From the NCBI GenBank assembly GCA_963749735.1, contig CAVVNZ010000012.1, positions 12,555 to 76,554 on the forward strand: DNA of 64,000 nucleotides, given 5' to 3'. The notes under the pieces are model-generated. The model searched no databases and was not told the DNA's origin. It saw only the letters and a list, made by a program, of their open reading frames with translations. A program made the translations under genes and the position numbers. How positions within the stretch are numbered: position 1 is the stretch's first letter; each line of letters starts with the position of its first letter. This stretch comes from an uncultured Chloroflexia bacterium. GTDB taxonomy: Bacteria > Chloroflexota > Limnocylindria > Limnocylindrales > CSP1-4. Positions 1-9,767 of the stretch are shown piece by piece.

Positions 1-392
1 GTGAGATGCAGGCGGCCATCCGCGAGGTCCACGTCGAGTCGTCGATCAGCGACTACATCGTCCGCCTGGTCAATGGGACGCGGAACCACCCGGACGTCTA
101 CCTCGGCGCATCGCCCCGCGGCTCGATCGCGATCTATCGGGCGAGCCAGGCGCTGGCCGGCCTGCTCGGCCGCGACTACGTCATCCCCGACGACGTGAAG
201 GCGCTGGCCGAGGCGGCGCTCGCCCACCGGCTGATCATCAAGACGAGCTCGACGATCCACGACGTCCAGGCGGGGCAGGTCGTCCGCGAGCTCCTGGAGA
301 CCCTCCCGGTCGAGCCGATCCGCGCCACCGGCGGCCCGCGGTCGATCCCGGCGACGAGTGCGCCGGTCGCCGAGGGCGGGACGCGACGCTGA
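1..392 (+). CDS. MoxR-like AAA+ ATPase, C-terminal part (5' end lies upstream of the window)
   Basis: The ORF reads to a stop at 390-392. The tail SISDYIVRLVNGTRNHPDVYLGASPRGSIAIYRASQALAGLLGRDYVIPDDVKALAEAALAHRL is the typical MoxR C-terminal lid. DUF58 and transglutaminase genes follow, which is the usual MoxR neighbourhood. Confidence 0.8.
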   Translation, partial: EMQAAIREVHVESSISDYIVRLVNGTRNHPDVYLGASPRGSIAIYRASQALAGLLGRDYVIPDDVKALAEAALAHRLIIKTSSTIHDVQAGQVVRELLETLPVEPIRATGGPRSIPATSAPVAEGGTRR

Positions 393-417
393 GCGCGTCG
401 CGGCACGGACCGAGCCG

Positions 418-1668
418 ATGATCCGCCGGATCGAGTTCCTGGTCCTGGCCATCGTCCTGGTGGTCGCCGCGTTCTCGACCGGTCAGCCGTTCCTGTTCTA
501 CCTGCTCTACCTGGCGATGCTCGTCGTCGGCGGGAGCTACGTCCTGACCCGACTCGGGCTGGCCGACCTCGAGGCGGGCTACGCCGTCGGACAGCTGCAG
601 GGCCACGTCGGCGAGCAGCTCCGGGTGACGTATACCCTGCGCAACGCCGGTCGGCTGCCCAAGGCGTGGCTCGAGGTCCACAACCCGACCAGCCTGCCCG
701 TGGCCATCCCGGGCCGGGCGATCACCCTCGGTCCGCGGGGCGAGCGGAGCTGGGTCGCCAAGGTCCCGCTCACCCGGCGCGGCCACTTCCGGATCGAGCC
801 GCTCCAGGTCCGGACCGGGGACCCGTTCGGGTTCTTCGAGGCCTCGGCGACGGTCGGCCAGGCGGTCACCCTGATCGTCTATCCGCGGATCGAGGCCCTG
901 CCCATGTGGCGTCTCCCGTCGGCGAATCTCGAGGGCAGCCATTCCGCCCGCGAACGGACCCTCCAGACCAGCCCGTTGGCGACGACCGTCCGACCGTATG
1001 CCCCGGGCGACAGCATGAACCGGATCCACTGGAAGTCGACCGCGCGGCACGGCGAGATCCAGGTCAAGGAGTTCGACCTCGAGCAGACGGCCGACGTCTG
1101 GATCTTCCTCGACCTCGAGCGCCGGGTCCAGGCCGGCACGGGCGAGGAGTCGACGACCGAGATCGCGATCCGGACGGCCGCCTCGATCGTCGACCGGTCG
1201 CTGACCGAGAACCGGGCGGTGGGCCTGACCGCGTTCGGTCACCGGATGTCGGTCCTGCCGGCCGATCGCGGCGGTCGGCAGCATCTCAAGATCATGCAGA
1301 CGCTGGCCGCCGTCGACGCCGACGGGAGCGCCCCGCTGGTCGAGGGCCTGGTGACCGGTCTCGGCCGGCTGCGACGGGGGATGACCGCGGTGATCGTCAC
1401 GGCATCGTCGGAACGGGACTGGATCCGGCCGCTGGCCAGCCTCCGCTCCCGCGGGGTGGCCTGCGTCGTGCTGCTGGTCGACGCGGACAGCGCCCGGGTC
1501 GCCTCGGACAACCGGTACCGCGCGCCCGGCCATGGCGACGTCGTGTCGGTCGCCGGCCCGGCGGCGGTCGCCGAGTCGAAGGCGCTGCGCTATGCGCTCG
1601 CCGAGCACGACCTCAAGGCCTACCGGGTCGTGGCCGGGATCCCCCTCGGCGAGCAGTTGGCGGGTTGA
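418..1668 (+). CDS. DUF58 domain protein (MoxR-associated), N-terminal membrane helices
   Basis: Track ORF 358..1668. The ATG at 418 gives MIRRIEFLVLAIVLVV. RPYAPGDSMNRIHWKSTARHGEIQVKEFD is the DUF58 signature. Confidence 0.8.
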   Translation: MIRRIEFLVLAIVLVVAAFSTGQPFLFYLLYLAMLVVGGSYVLTRLGLADLEAGYAVGQLQGHVGEQLRVTYTLRNAGRLPKAWLEVHNPTSLPVAIPGRAITLGPRGERSWVAKVPLTRRGHFRIEPLQVRTGDPFGFFEASATVGQAVTLIVYPRIEALPMWRLPSANLEGSHSARERTLQTSPLATTVRPYAPGDSMNRIHWKSTARHGEIQVKEFDLEQTADVWIFLDLERRVQAGTGEESTTEIAIRTAASIVDRSLTENRAVGLTAFGHRMSVLPADRGGRQHLKIMQTLAAVDADGSAPLVEGLVTGLGRLRRGMTAVIVTASSERDWIRPLASLRSRGVACVVLLVDADSARVASDNRYRAPGHGDVVSVAGPAAVAESKALRYALAEHDLKAYRVVAGIPLGEQLAG

Positions 1669-1672
1669 TGCG

Positions 1673-4039
1673 ATGACGTCGCTGTCGTTCGGGACGATCG
1701 CTCGCGGGGATGCCATCCGGGCGCGCCGCTTCCCGCTGTCGCCGAGCGAAGGCTGGGCGGCCCTGGCCCTGCTGCTCCTGATGGTCCTGACGATGGCCTG
1801 GTCCGTCGACGATGCCAGCTGGGTCGCCGGCCCACGCGGGCTGACCGACTTCCTGGCCCTCGCCGCGGTCCTGAGCGTCCTGTGGGGGTTCGCCAGCGCC
1901 AAGATCGGCTGGTCGCGTCCGGTGGCCCACCTGCTCGGCGCGGTCGTCGCGGCGGTGGCGGTCCCGATCATGGTCGGCTCGCACCTCGGCGAGGGAGGCG
2001 GGCCGATCCAGTGGTTCCAGGCCACGGCGGCCCACAGCCTCGATGCGTACCTCGACCTGACCTACTACGGGAAGCCGCTGACCCAGCAGACCGGCCATTT
2101 CCTGCTGGTCCTCGGCCTGCTGACCTGGGCGACCGGCCAATTCGCCGGATACGTGACCTTCCATCACCATCGCCCGCTCAACGCGGTGATCGTCGTCGGG
2201 ATCATGCTCGTCGCCAACATCGCGCTGACCGCCCGCGACCAGCTGTGGTACCTGGTGATCTTCAGCCTGGCCTCCCTGTTCCTGCTGATCCGGTTCCACT
2301 CGTTCGACGAGCGCACGCTCTGGATCCGTCACCGGATCGGCGACGCAGGATCGCTCAGCGGGATGTACCTCAAGGGCGGGGCGGTGTTCGTCGCGGCCGC
2401 CGTCGTGGCGTCCCTGTTCCTCACGATCGCTGCCCGGTCCGATCCGTTGTCGTCGATGTGGACCGGCGCCGATCAGGGGATCATCGACATCGGCCGCCAG
2501 CTGCAGCGGATCTTCCCGGCCGGCGGCGAGGGCACCAAGTTCCAGTTCATCGACTTCTCGGGGACCGCCCAGATCACCGGCGTGTGGGTCACCGACAACA
2601 CCCCGGTCCTCGAGATCAGGACTCCCGACGACGGTCACTACTACTGGCGGGCGGTGACGTATGACCACTTCGACGGGCATGCCTGGAGCTGGTCGAAGGA
2701 GTCCGACGCCAACGTCGCCGCGGGACAGCCGCTGCTGGCCGGCGGCGCCGACGACCCGGCGAACCTGATCGGACGGCGGAAGGCGACGTTCAGCGTGACC
2801 GAGCTGACCAAGTACGACCCGAAGGCCGTCTTCGCGCCGGACACGCCGGTCTCGGTGGACGTGGACTCGACGGTGATCTCGGTCGGCTCATCGAGCCCGC
2901 AGCCGTTCGGTGGGATCCAGGCCAACGCCGCCGACTACCAGGTCAGCGCGCTCGTGCCGATCGACGGCCACGTCGATCCCAAGAACGGGTTCACTGCGCA
3001 CAAGCTCGAGGTGGCCGGGACGGACTACCCCGACGCGATCAAACGGCTCTACCTCGCACCGCTCGACGCGGGCATCGTCGGTCCGTACACCCAGCAGGTC
3101 CTGGACGCGATCCTGGCCGCTCATCCCGAGGCCAAGGACAGCCCGTATGACTTCGCCCGGGCCGCCACCGACTACCTCCTCTACGAGGGGGACTTCCAAT
3201 ATCAGGCGGACGTCCAGAACGTCCCGTGCGGCGCGATGAGCGTGTCCGAGTGCTTCGCCCGCTACAAGCTGGGCTACTGCCAGTACTACGCCAGCCTGCT
3301 CGCGGTGCTCCTTCACATGCAGGGGATCCCGGCGCGGCTCGCCCAGGGGTTCCTGCCGGGGGAGCGGAGCCGGACGGGGGTCGAGACGATCCGGGCCAGC
3401 GCGTCGCACGCCTGGGTCGAGGTCTACTTCCCCGAGTACGGTTGGTACCAGTTCGACCCGACCGGGGGCCGGGTCGGCCAGGACGTCCCGCTCCCCGAGG
3501 GCCCGGCCGTCAGCGCGCGGCCGCGCAGCCCACGGCCGACCGGTTCCGCTGACACGGGCGACGACAAGAACCGGAGCATCCGGCCCGGCACCAGCATCCA
3601 GGCGACCGGGGCGGGTTCGACCGGCGCCGGTGGACCCGGCAGCGGGCCGCTCATCGTGATCGGGCTGCTCCTGGCGATCGTCGTCGGCGGCGCCGCCTTC
3701 GCCGCCTACCGGCGCGGCCCGCGATCCGCGTCCGAGCCCGAGGCTGCCTGGCGCGGCGTCGTCTCGCTCGCCCGACGGTTCGGGTTCGCGCCGAAGCCCA
3801 ACCAGACCGTGTTCGAGTACAGCGCGGCGCTGGGCGAGGTGCTGCCCAACGCGAGACCGGACCTCCAGACGGTGGCGCGGGCGAAGGTCGAGGTCGCCTA
3901 CGGTCGGGCGTCGCTCGGCGACGACCGGCTTCATTCGGTCCGTGACGCGCAGCGCCGGCTGCGGGTCGCCCTGCTCGCGCTCATCTTCCGCCGACGCGAG
4001 CGACGCGAGCGCCGCGGAGGGCGGATCCGCCGGCTCTGA
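1673..4039 (+). CDS. Transglutaminase-like membrane protein (multi-TM N-terminus, cysteine-protease-fold core, C-terminal TM plus DUF4129-like tail)
   Basis: Track ORF 1532..4039. The ATG at 1673 lies 4 nt after the DUF58 stop. Core motif: GYCQYYASLLAVLLHMQGIPARLAQGF...HAWVEVYFPEYGWYQFDPT. Confidence 0.8.
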   Translation: MTSLSFGTIARGDAIRARRFPLSPSEGWAALALLLLMVLTMAWSVDDASWVAGPRGLTDFLALAAVLSVLWGFASAKIGWSRPVAHLLGAVVAAVAVPIMVGSHLGEGGGPIQWFQATAAHSLDAYLDLTYYGKPLTQQTGHFLLVLGLLTWATGQFAGYVTFHHHRPLNAVIVVGIMLVANIALTARDQLWYLVIFSLASLFLLIRFHSFDERTLWIRHRIGDAGSLSGMYLKGGAVFVAAAVVASLFLTIAARSDPLSSMWTGADQGIIDIGRQLQRIFPAGGEGTKFQFIDFSGTAQITGVWVTDNTPVLEIRTPDDGHYYWRAVTYDHFDGHAWSWSKESDANVAAGQPLLAGGADDPANLIGRRKATFSVTELTKYDPKAVFAPDTPVSVDVDSTVISVGSSSPQPFGGIQANAADYQVSALVPIDGHVDPKNGFTAHKLEVAGTDYPDAIKRLYLAPLDAGIVGPYTQQVLDAILAAHPEAKDSPYDFARAATDYLLYEGDFQYQADVQNVPCGAMSVSECFARYKLGYCQYYASLLAVLLHMQGIPARLAQGFLPGERSRTGVETIRASASHAWVEVYFPEYGWYQFDPTGGRVGQDVPLPEGPAVSARPRSPRPTGSADTGDDKNRSIRPGTSIQATGAGSTGAGGPGSGPLIVIGLLLAIVVGGAAFAAYRRGPRSASEPEAAWRGVVSLARRFGFAPKPNQTVFEYSAALGEVLPNARPDLQTVARAKVEVAYGRASLGDDRLHSVRDAQRRLRVALLALIFRRRERRERRGGRIRRL

Positions 4040-4085
4040 CGATCCGGCCGGGCACCAGCTCGGCGACGGGCTCGCCGCCGAGCTG

Positions 4086-4982
4086 CTAGAGCGAGCCGGT
4101 CCGTTCGCGCTCCGCGGCCTCGGCCTCGCTCCGGAGCTCGGCCGCGCTCCCGGTCGCGCCCGGGGTCCCGGCCTCGGCCTGGAGCGGACCGAGATGGTCG
4201 GTCAGGTTGTGCGCGCGGAGGATCGGTCTCCCCCCGACGAACTCGACGACGGTGATCCCGGTCAGGCCCCACGGGAACATCCAGAAGCGGTCGAGCGGGA
4301 GGCCGAGGATCGTCAACAGGGTGACCTTGAAGATCCCGTCGTGGGCGACGAGGAGCGTCCACGGCGTGGTCCGCCCGTGGACCTCGGGGTATCCGCCCGA
4401 GCTGGCACCGTCGGGTCCCGAACCGGGGGCCGCGGCCGCCAGACCATCGAGGACGGCCGCCAGCGTCAGCCGCACCCGGACGGCGGCGTCATCGAGCGAC
4501 TCGCCGCCGGGAGCCACGGCGGCGACCGGTCGGAGCCGCCAGGCCTCGAGCTCGTCGGGATAGCGGCGGTAGACCTCCGTCCGGTGGAGTCCCTCCCAGT
4601 CCCCCTGGGCAAGCTCGAGGAGCCCCGGATCGGGCAGGAGCGCCGGCACCATCGATGGCGCGTGGACGCGGCCGAGGGCGCTCGCCACCGCCTGCGCCGT
4701 CGCCTCCGTGCGACCGAGCGGCGAATGTCGGATCTCGACCGGCGGCACGTCGGGCACGGGGATCCGGGGCGGCGCGGACGGATCGGCGAGTCGGATCCCG
4801 GCGAGCTCGGCCTGACGCTCGCCGAGCGGCGACAGCGGCGTGTCGAGGCGACCCTGGAACCGGCCCTCGACGATCGCGGTCGACTCGCCGTGCCGGAGGA
4901 GGACGAGGCTCGCGGCGAGCCCATCGGGGATGGTCGGCGATCGGACGTCGCTCAGCGCTCGGCTCCCAGGCGGATCGTCCAC
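4086..4982 (-). CDS. Histidine phosphatase family protein (phosphoglycerate-mutase-like); candidate phosphoserine phosphatase
   Basis: LVLLRHGESTAIVEGRFQGRLDTPLSPLGERQA carries the RHG catalytic motif. The GTG start at 4982 overlaps the serA 3' end by 31 nt, and no other in-frame start is available. Confidence 0.75.
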   Translation of the reverse strand: MDDPPGSRALSDVRSPTIPDGLAASLVLLRHGESTAIVEGRFQGRLDTPLSPLGERQAELAGIRLADPSAPPRIPVPDVPPVEIRHSPLGRTEATAQAVASALGRVHAPSMVPALLPDPGLLELAQGDWEGLHRTEVYRRYPDELEAWRLRPVAAVAPGGESLDDAAVRVRLTLAAVLDGLAAAAPGSGPDGASSGGYPEVHGRTTPWTLLVAHDGIFKVTLLTILGLPLDRFWMFPWGLTGITVVEFVGGRPILRAHNLTDHLGPLQAEAGTPGATGSAAELRSEAEAAERERTGSL

Positions 4983-6535
4983 ACGTCCATGACCGCCTCC
5001 TGCCCGCGGATCGCCTCGGCGACGTCGGCCGGGACCTCTTCGTCGACCGCCAGCACCATCACCGCATCCGCGCGGGGAGCGGACCGGGCGAGGTGCATCG
5101 CGCTGATGTTGACGTCCGCCTCGCCGAGCATCGTCCCGATGCGACCCATCGTCCCGGGTCGGTCATGGTGACGGGTCACCAGCATCGTCGCCGTCGGGAC
5201 CATGTCCAGCCAGTAGTCGTCGAGTCGGACGAGCCGCGGCTCGCCGGCGGCGACGGTCCCGCCGACGGTCGTGGTCGACCCGGTCGACTCACCCGACAGG
5301 GTCAGCAGCGAGGCGAACTGCCCTGCTTCGGGGGTCTTCCGTTCGACCACGGTGATCCCCCGCGCACGGGCGAGTGCCGCCGCGTTGACCAGGTTGACCC
5401 GCTCGGTCGTCGCTGTCTCGAGCAAGCCGCGCAGGACGGCCGCGATGAGCGGCGTGCCGTCGTGCGCGGCGAGCTCTCCGGCGATCTCGAGGGTCAGCGT
5501 CTTGACCCCCGTCCGGCAGAACTGGGCGAAGAACCGTCCGAGCATCTCGGCCAGCGGCAGGTACGGGGCGATCGCCCGGGCGGTCTCCGGTGTCAGGAGT
5601 GGCGCGTTGACGGCGTAGCGAGCCGGGCGACCGGCGAGCACGTCGAGGATCTGGGCGGCGACCTCCTCCGAGACCAGCACCTGCGCCTCGGCGGTCGACG
5701 CGCCGAGGTGCGGGGTGAGGACCGTGTTCGGCGCGTCCAGCAGCGGCGAGCCCGTCGGCGGCTCCTGCTCGAACACGTCGATCCCCGCGCCGCCGAGACG
5801 ACCCTCGACCAGGGCGGCGGCAACCGCGGCCTCATCGACGACCCCACCCCGGGCGACGTTGAGCAGGATCGCGCCCGGTCGCATCCGGGCGATCTCCCGG
5901 GCTCCGATCAGGCCGCGGGTGGCCCGGCTGAGCGGGACGTGAAGGGTGATCGCGTCCGAGCGCTCGAGAAGCTCCCCGAACTCGACGAGCTCGACGCCGT
6001 GGTGGCCGGCCTGCTCGTCCGAGACGAACGGGTCGACGGCCAGGACCGTCATCTCCATGGCCAGGGCACGCGTGGCGATCGCCTGGCCGATCTTGCCCAG
6101 CCCGACGATCCCGAGCGTCCGGCCGCGCAGCTCGACCCCGGTGAACTGGCTCCGCTTCCACTCGCCGCGGCGCACCGAGGCGTCCGCGGCGGCGACCCGC
6201 CGGGCGACGGCGTAAAGCAGGGCGAGCGTGTGCTCCGCGGCCGCGATGGTGTTGCCCGTCGGGGCGTTGACCACGACGATCCCCGCCCGGGTCGCGGCGT
6301 CGAGGTCGACGTTGTCGACGCCCACCCCGGCCCGGCCGATGACGACCAGCCGGCCGCCGGCGGCGATCATCTCGGCGTCGACCTGGACCTGGCTGCGGAC
6401 CACCAGTGCGTCGTAGTCCGGCAGCAGCGCGATGTACTCGTCCCGGGCGAGTCCTGGTCGGACGTCGACGTCGTGGTGCGCTCGAAGGAGGGCGACGCCC
6501 TCCTCGGCGACGGGTTCGGCGACGAGGATCCTCAC
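4952..6535 (-). CDS. serA: D-3-phosphoglycerate dehydrogenase, long form with ASB and ACT domains
   Basis: Internal part of track ORF 4952..7534. The GTG at 6535 overlaps the upstream stop (GTGA). VRILVAEPVAEEG..., NAD motif GIVGLGKIGQAIA, and a C-terminal ACT-like end; 527 aa. Confidence 0.9.
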   Translation of the reverse strand: MRILVAEPVAEEGVALLRAHHDVDVRPGLARDEYIALLPDYDALVVRSQVQVDAEMIAAGGRLVVIGRAGVGVDNVDLDAATRAGIVVVNAPTGNTIAAAEHTLALLYAVARRVAAADASVRRGEWKRSQFTGVELRGRTLGIVGLGKIGQAIATRALAMEMTVLAVDPFVSDEQAGHHGVELVEFGELLERSDAITLHVPLSRATRGLIGAREIARMRPGAILLNVARGGVVDEAAVAAALVEGRLGGAGIDVFEQEPPTGSPLLDAPNTVLTPHLGASTAEAQVLVSEEVAAQILDVLAGRPARYAVNAPLLTPETARAIAPYLPLAEMLGRFFAQFCRTGVKTLTLEIAGELAAHDGTPLIAAVLRGLLETATTERVNLVNAAALARARGITVVERKTPEAGQFASLLTLSGESTGSTTTVGGTVAAGEPRLVRLDDYWLDMVPTATMLVTRHHDRPGTMGRIGTMLGEADVNISAMHLARSAPRADAVMVLAVDEEVPADVAEAIRGQEAVMDVWTIRLGAER

Positions 6536-7716
6536 GCCTCGACGGGTGCGAGCACGCCGAGCGACTCGAGGGCCGCCCGCTGGGCCGCTGCGACGGCGGT
6601 CCCGGCCTCGACCGGCCGGCCCAGCTCGAGCGAGACCTCCTCGAGGACCCCGATCGCGTCGAGGATCTCCCCGAGGGTGACCGACCCGAGATGGCCGAGC
6701 CGGAAGATCAGTCCGGTCAGCTTGCCCTGGCCGCCGGCGAGGACCAGGCCGCGCGCCTTGATCGCACCGTTGAACGTCTTCCAATCGAGGCCCTCGGGCA
6801 CGTGCGCCGCCGTCACCGTCCGCGACGCGAACCGGGGATCGGCGAACAGCTCGAACCCGAGCGCGGTCAGCCCGGCCCGCGCCGCCGCGGCGCAGGCCTC
6901 GTGCCGCGCGAAGATCGCCGCCGCGCCCTCCCGGCCCATGAGGGCGAGTCCCTCGTCGACCTGGTAGACGACGGCGATCGCCGGGGTGAACGGTGTCTGG
7001 CCCTTGGCGTGCGCCTCGCGATGGCTTCGCAGGTCGAGGTAGAACCGCGGCATCGTCGCGGTCTCCATCGCGGCCCAGCCTCGCTCCGATGCGGCGACCA
7101 TCGCCAGTCCCGGGGCGGCCATCCAGGCCTTCTGCGATCCGGTCACGACCAGGTCGATGCCCCAGGCATCCATCTCGAAGGGGACGGCGCCCAGCCCGGA
7201 CACGCTGTCGACCAGGATCAGTGTGTCGGGTGACGTCTCGTGGACCGCTGCGGCGAGGGCGCCGATCGGATTCATCACGCCGGTCGACGTCTCGTTGTGG
7301 GTCAGCAGCACCGCCCGGTAGCCGGGCGCCGGCTCGGCGGCGAGGGCCGCCCGGATCTCGGCCGGGTCGGCCGCGTGGCCCCAGTCGACGGCGATCTTGG
7401 TCACGTCCGCCCCGTAGGTCGAGGCGATCTTCGCGAACCGGTCGCCGAACGAACCGATCGATACGCCGAGCACGCGGTCGCCGGGCGACAGGACGTTGAC
7501 GACCGCCGCCTCGAGCCCGCCGGTGCCCGCGCACGACAGGATGGCGACGTCGCTGGTGGTGCCGAAGTACGGCTTCATCCCGGCGAGGACGCGCTCGATC
7601 ATCGCCGCGAACTCGGGGCCCCGGTGGTTGATCATCTGGCGACCGCCGGCCTCTCGAACGGACGGCGGGAGGCCCGTCGGACCGGGGATCCGCAGGTTCG
7701 GCTCGAAGCGGTTCAC
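6532..7716 (-). CDS. Class V (AGXT/serine-pyruvate type) aminotransferase; likely phosphoserine aminotransferase role
   Basis: 394 aa: PGPTGLPPSVREA...NHRGPEF...HNETSTGV...VTGSQKAWMAAPGL (PLP lysine context). AAGGAGG RBS upstream of GTG 7716. First gene of an operon with serA. Confidence 0.8.
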   Translation of the reverse strand: MNRFEPNLRIPGPTGLPPSVREAGGRQMINHRGPEFAAMIERVLAGMKPYFGTTSDVAILSCAGTGGLEAAVVNVLSPGDRVLGVSIGSFGDRFAKIASTYGADVTKIAVDWGHAADPAEIRAALAAEPAPGYRAVLLTHNETSTGVMNPIGALAAAVHETSPDTLILVDSVSGLGAVPFEMDAWGIDLVVTGSQKAWMAAPGLAMVAASERGWAAMETATMPRFYLDLRSHREAHAKGQTPFTPAIAVVYQVDEGLALMGREGAAAIFARHEACAAAARAGLTALGFELFADPRFASRTVTAAHVPEGLDWKTFNGAIKARGLVLAGGQGKLTGLIFRLGHLGSVTLGEILDAIGVLEEVSLELGRPVEAGTAVAAAQRAALESLGVLAPVEA

Positions 7717-7850
7717 GGGAGCCTCCTTGGGCTTCGGAGATGCGCGGTCATCGCACCGGGTTCGGAGCGAGCGTCGGGCGCCGGGTCGCCGGCGACAGCG
7801 CCACGCCTATGGTGGCACAAGCCCGCGATCCAGCGGATGGCGCGACGTGA

Positions 7851-7890
7851 ACGAGCCCGGCGCCTCCTGCGTGGAGGCCGCCGGGCTCGT
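7851..7890 (-). terminator. Strong GC hairpin downstream of the secreted lyase-like gene (no U-tract)
   Basis: ACGAGCCCGGCGCCTCC / loop TGCGT / GGAGGC(C)GCCGGGCTCGT forms a 17-bp stem with one bulge, about 48 nt after the stop at 7938. Confidence 0.4.
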
Positions 7891-7937
7891 CCGAGCGTGA
7901 TCGGTGGTGCCGGCGACGGTCGACCGTCGCCCGCTGG

Positions 7938-9767
7938 CTAGTTGCCGTACAGCCAGTCGGTGAACCCGAAGTTCTTGCCGCCGTGCGCCGGCGACTGAGC
8001 GGACAGGTTGGAGCCATAGGCGTGGTTGAGGAGCCACGGCTGCCACGTGTCATCGCTGGTCGGGATCCAGCCGGCCCGGTCGTACAGGAAGTTCGCGGCG
8101 CGCAGGAGCGCGTTGTTCTCCCAGCCGAAGGCGTCGTAGCCGGCCCGGTCGAGGATCAGCGCCTGGAGCGTCGCGCCCTGCATCGCCTCCCAGGCATAGT
8201 TGGTGAACGTCGGCGGCCACTGGAAGCTGCCGCCCCGGCGCATGTCGTCGGGCAGGGCGCCGTCGATGACGTGCCCGCTCTTCGAGCAGCCCGGCGGGTT
8301 GATCCCGACCGGCTTGGCCGGATCGCACTGCCAGGACGTGTCACCGAAGCTGAAGCCGGTGTACGCCGCCCGATCGCCGAGCCAGCCGTGGAAGACCGCT
8401 GCGGTCCGGGCGAGCTGGGCCGAGTCGCCGAGGTAGCGCGCGATGGCAGCGCGAGCCGCCCCCGCGTGGGTCCCCCAGTTGTTCGGTCGATCCTCGTGGG
8501 TCGAGATCAGGGTGTCCCCGCTGAGGTTCTCTGTCAGGACCTTGCGGAGCCACGGTCGGAAGGTGTTGCTGTCGAACGACGGGTCGTAGCTGCCGAGGTC
8601 GATCAGGTCCGCGGCGATCACGTAGCCCGGCAGGTTGCGGCCCGCGGCGAGCGTGCGCCCACCGGCCTCGCTGCCGACGGCCGCCTTGAGGTTGGCCAGG
8701 ACGTCGACGCGATAGCTGGCCGCGCCGGTCCGGGCGTAGACGAGGGCCTTGGCCAGGACGTGGAGGTCGTTGTCCTCATCCTGGTTCTGGATGTCGGGAC
8801 TACCGGCCGACGCGTCGGCCCATGACTTGACGTTGGCCCAGGCCGCGCCCGAGGTGGGCAGCGACGCGAGCTCGGCCTTGCTGATGACGATGCCGACGGA
8901 CGGGCTCTTCGGTCCGCTCGGGCCGCTGGTCGGCGCCGGGGTCGGATCGGGAGTGGCGGTCGGGGCCGACGTCGGCCGGGAGGTCGGGTCGGGGGTGGGG
9001 GTCGCGTTCGGGGGCGGGGTCCCGTCGCTCCCGGGGGTGGGCGTCGGTCCGGACGTGCCGTCGTTCGCGCTCGGCGTCGGGACCGTGGTCGGATCCGGGG
9101 TCGACGTCGCCGTCGGCTTCGGGGTCGGCGTCGGGGCGGCGGCGACGGTCAGGACGAGGACCGGGCCCTTGCCCGTCTCGCGGCTCGCGTAGAGCGCACC
9201 ATCGCTGCTCGAGCCGACGATCTCGAGGTCGACCTTCTTGCCGGACTTCAGGCCCGTCAGGTTGACCGGCACGGTGATCCAGCGACCGACCGGTCCGGTC
9301 GCCCCGATCCTGCCGACGACCGCCGGGGCCATCAACGGCGCCTTCATCCAGGTCACCGTGTTCTCGCTCCACGGACCGACGATCTGATGGATCTCGCCGC
9401 CCTTGTTGCTCCGGTCGCGGACGAACAGCCGGAGCTGGACGGCGCTGATCCGGTCATTGATCGTGGGCAGCGTGAAGCGGAGCAGCGTCCGCTGATGATC
9501 GCCGGCCATGACCCGCGTCCGCAGCCGGACGCCGGAGCCGTAGTTGCGATCCGGGAAGTGGGATCGGACCTGGGCGTCGGCGGTGACCGGGACGCTGATC
9601 GACTGGGTCGACGAGGCGAGCCCGAGTCGAGCCCCGAGGACGAACGGGACGACGGCCAGGCCGATCAGCCCGAGGCGGACGATCCGGCCGAGATGGCCGT
9701 GGGACGGGGACGTGGAAGGGGCGGCGGGGGCGGCGACGGACGTGGCCTCATGCGCTTGCAGCGACAT
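7938..9767 (-). CDS. Secreted/anchored protein: N-terminal TM, DNRLRE-type (CBM96-like) domain, Pro/Thr-rich linker, alginate-lyase-like alpha/alpha domain
   Basis: 609 aa. VTADAQVRSHFPDRNYGSGVRLRTR...TLLRF...GPWSENTVTW resembles the DNRLRE domain. Linker PTPTPKPTATSTPDPTTVPTP... The C-terminus has HEDRPNNWGTHAG, as in alginate-lyase (PF05426-type) folds. GAGGAGG RBS. Confidence 0.6.
   Translation of the reverse strand: MSLQAHEATSVAAPAAPSTSPSHGHLGRIVRLGLIGLAVVPFVLGARLGLASSTQSISVPVTADAQVRSHFPDRNYGSGVRLRTRVMAGDHQRTLLRFTLPTINDRISAVQLRLFVRDRSNKGGEIHQIVGPWSENTVTWMKAPLMAPAVVGRIGATGPVGRWITVPVNLTGLKSGKKVDLEIVGSSSDGALYASRETGKGPVLVLTVAAAPTPTPKPTATSTPDPTTVPTPSANDGTSGPTPTPGSDGTPPPNATPTPDPTSRPTSAPTATPDPTPAPTSGPSGPKSPSVGIVISKAELASLPTSGAAWANVKSWADASAGSPDIQNQDEDNDLHVLAKALVYARTGAASYRVDVLANLKAAVGSEAGGRTLAAGRNLPGYVIAADLIDLGSYDPSFDSNTFRPWLRKVLTENLSGDTLISTHEDRPNNWGTHAGAARAAIARYLGDSAQLARTAAVFHGWLGDRAAYTGFSFGDTSWQCDPAKPVGINPPGCSKSGHVIDGALPDDMRRGGSFQWPPTFTNYAWEAMQGATLQALILDRAGYDAFGWENNALLRAANFLYDRAGWIPTSDDTWQPWLLNHAYGSNLSAQSPAHGGKNFGFTDWLYGN

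Noticed and set aside
238-2025. Very long ORFs antisense to, or out of frame with, the genes called here. Examples: 238..2025(-), 15124..17694(-), 30686..32608(+), 33612..36071(+), 35831..38239(+), 42881..44818(-), 57010..58962(-), 62122..63942(-).
   Set aside because: Their translations are monotonous Arg/Pro/Gly/Asp-rich strings with no recognisable motifs. Each lies opposite a frame with clear family signatures. This is the usual stop-codon-poor artefact of very GC-rich DNA.
8890-9130. Nucleotide-level tandem repetitiveness here, and also at 28950-29030, 46565-46625 and 61118-61150.
   Set aside because: All are explained by low-complexity coding: a Pro/Thr linker, a poly-Asp tract, an Ala/Pro-rich N-terminus and a Gly8 hinge. 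They are not independent DNA repeat elements.
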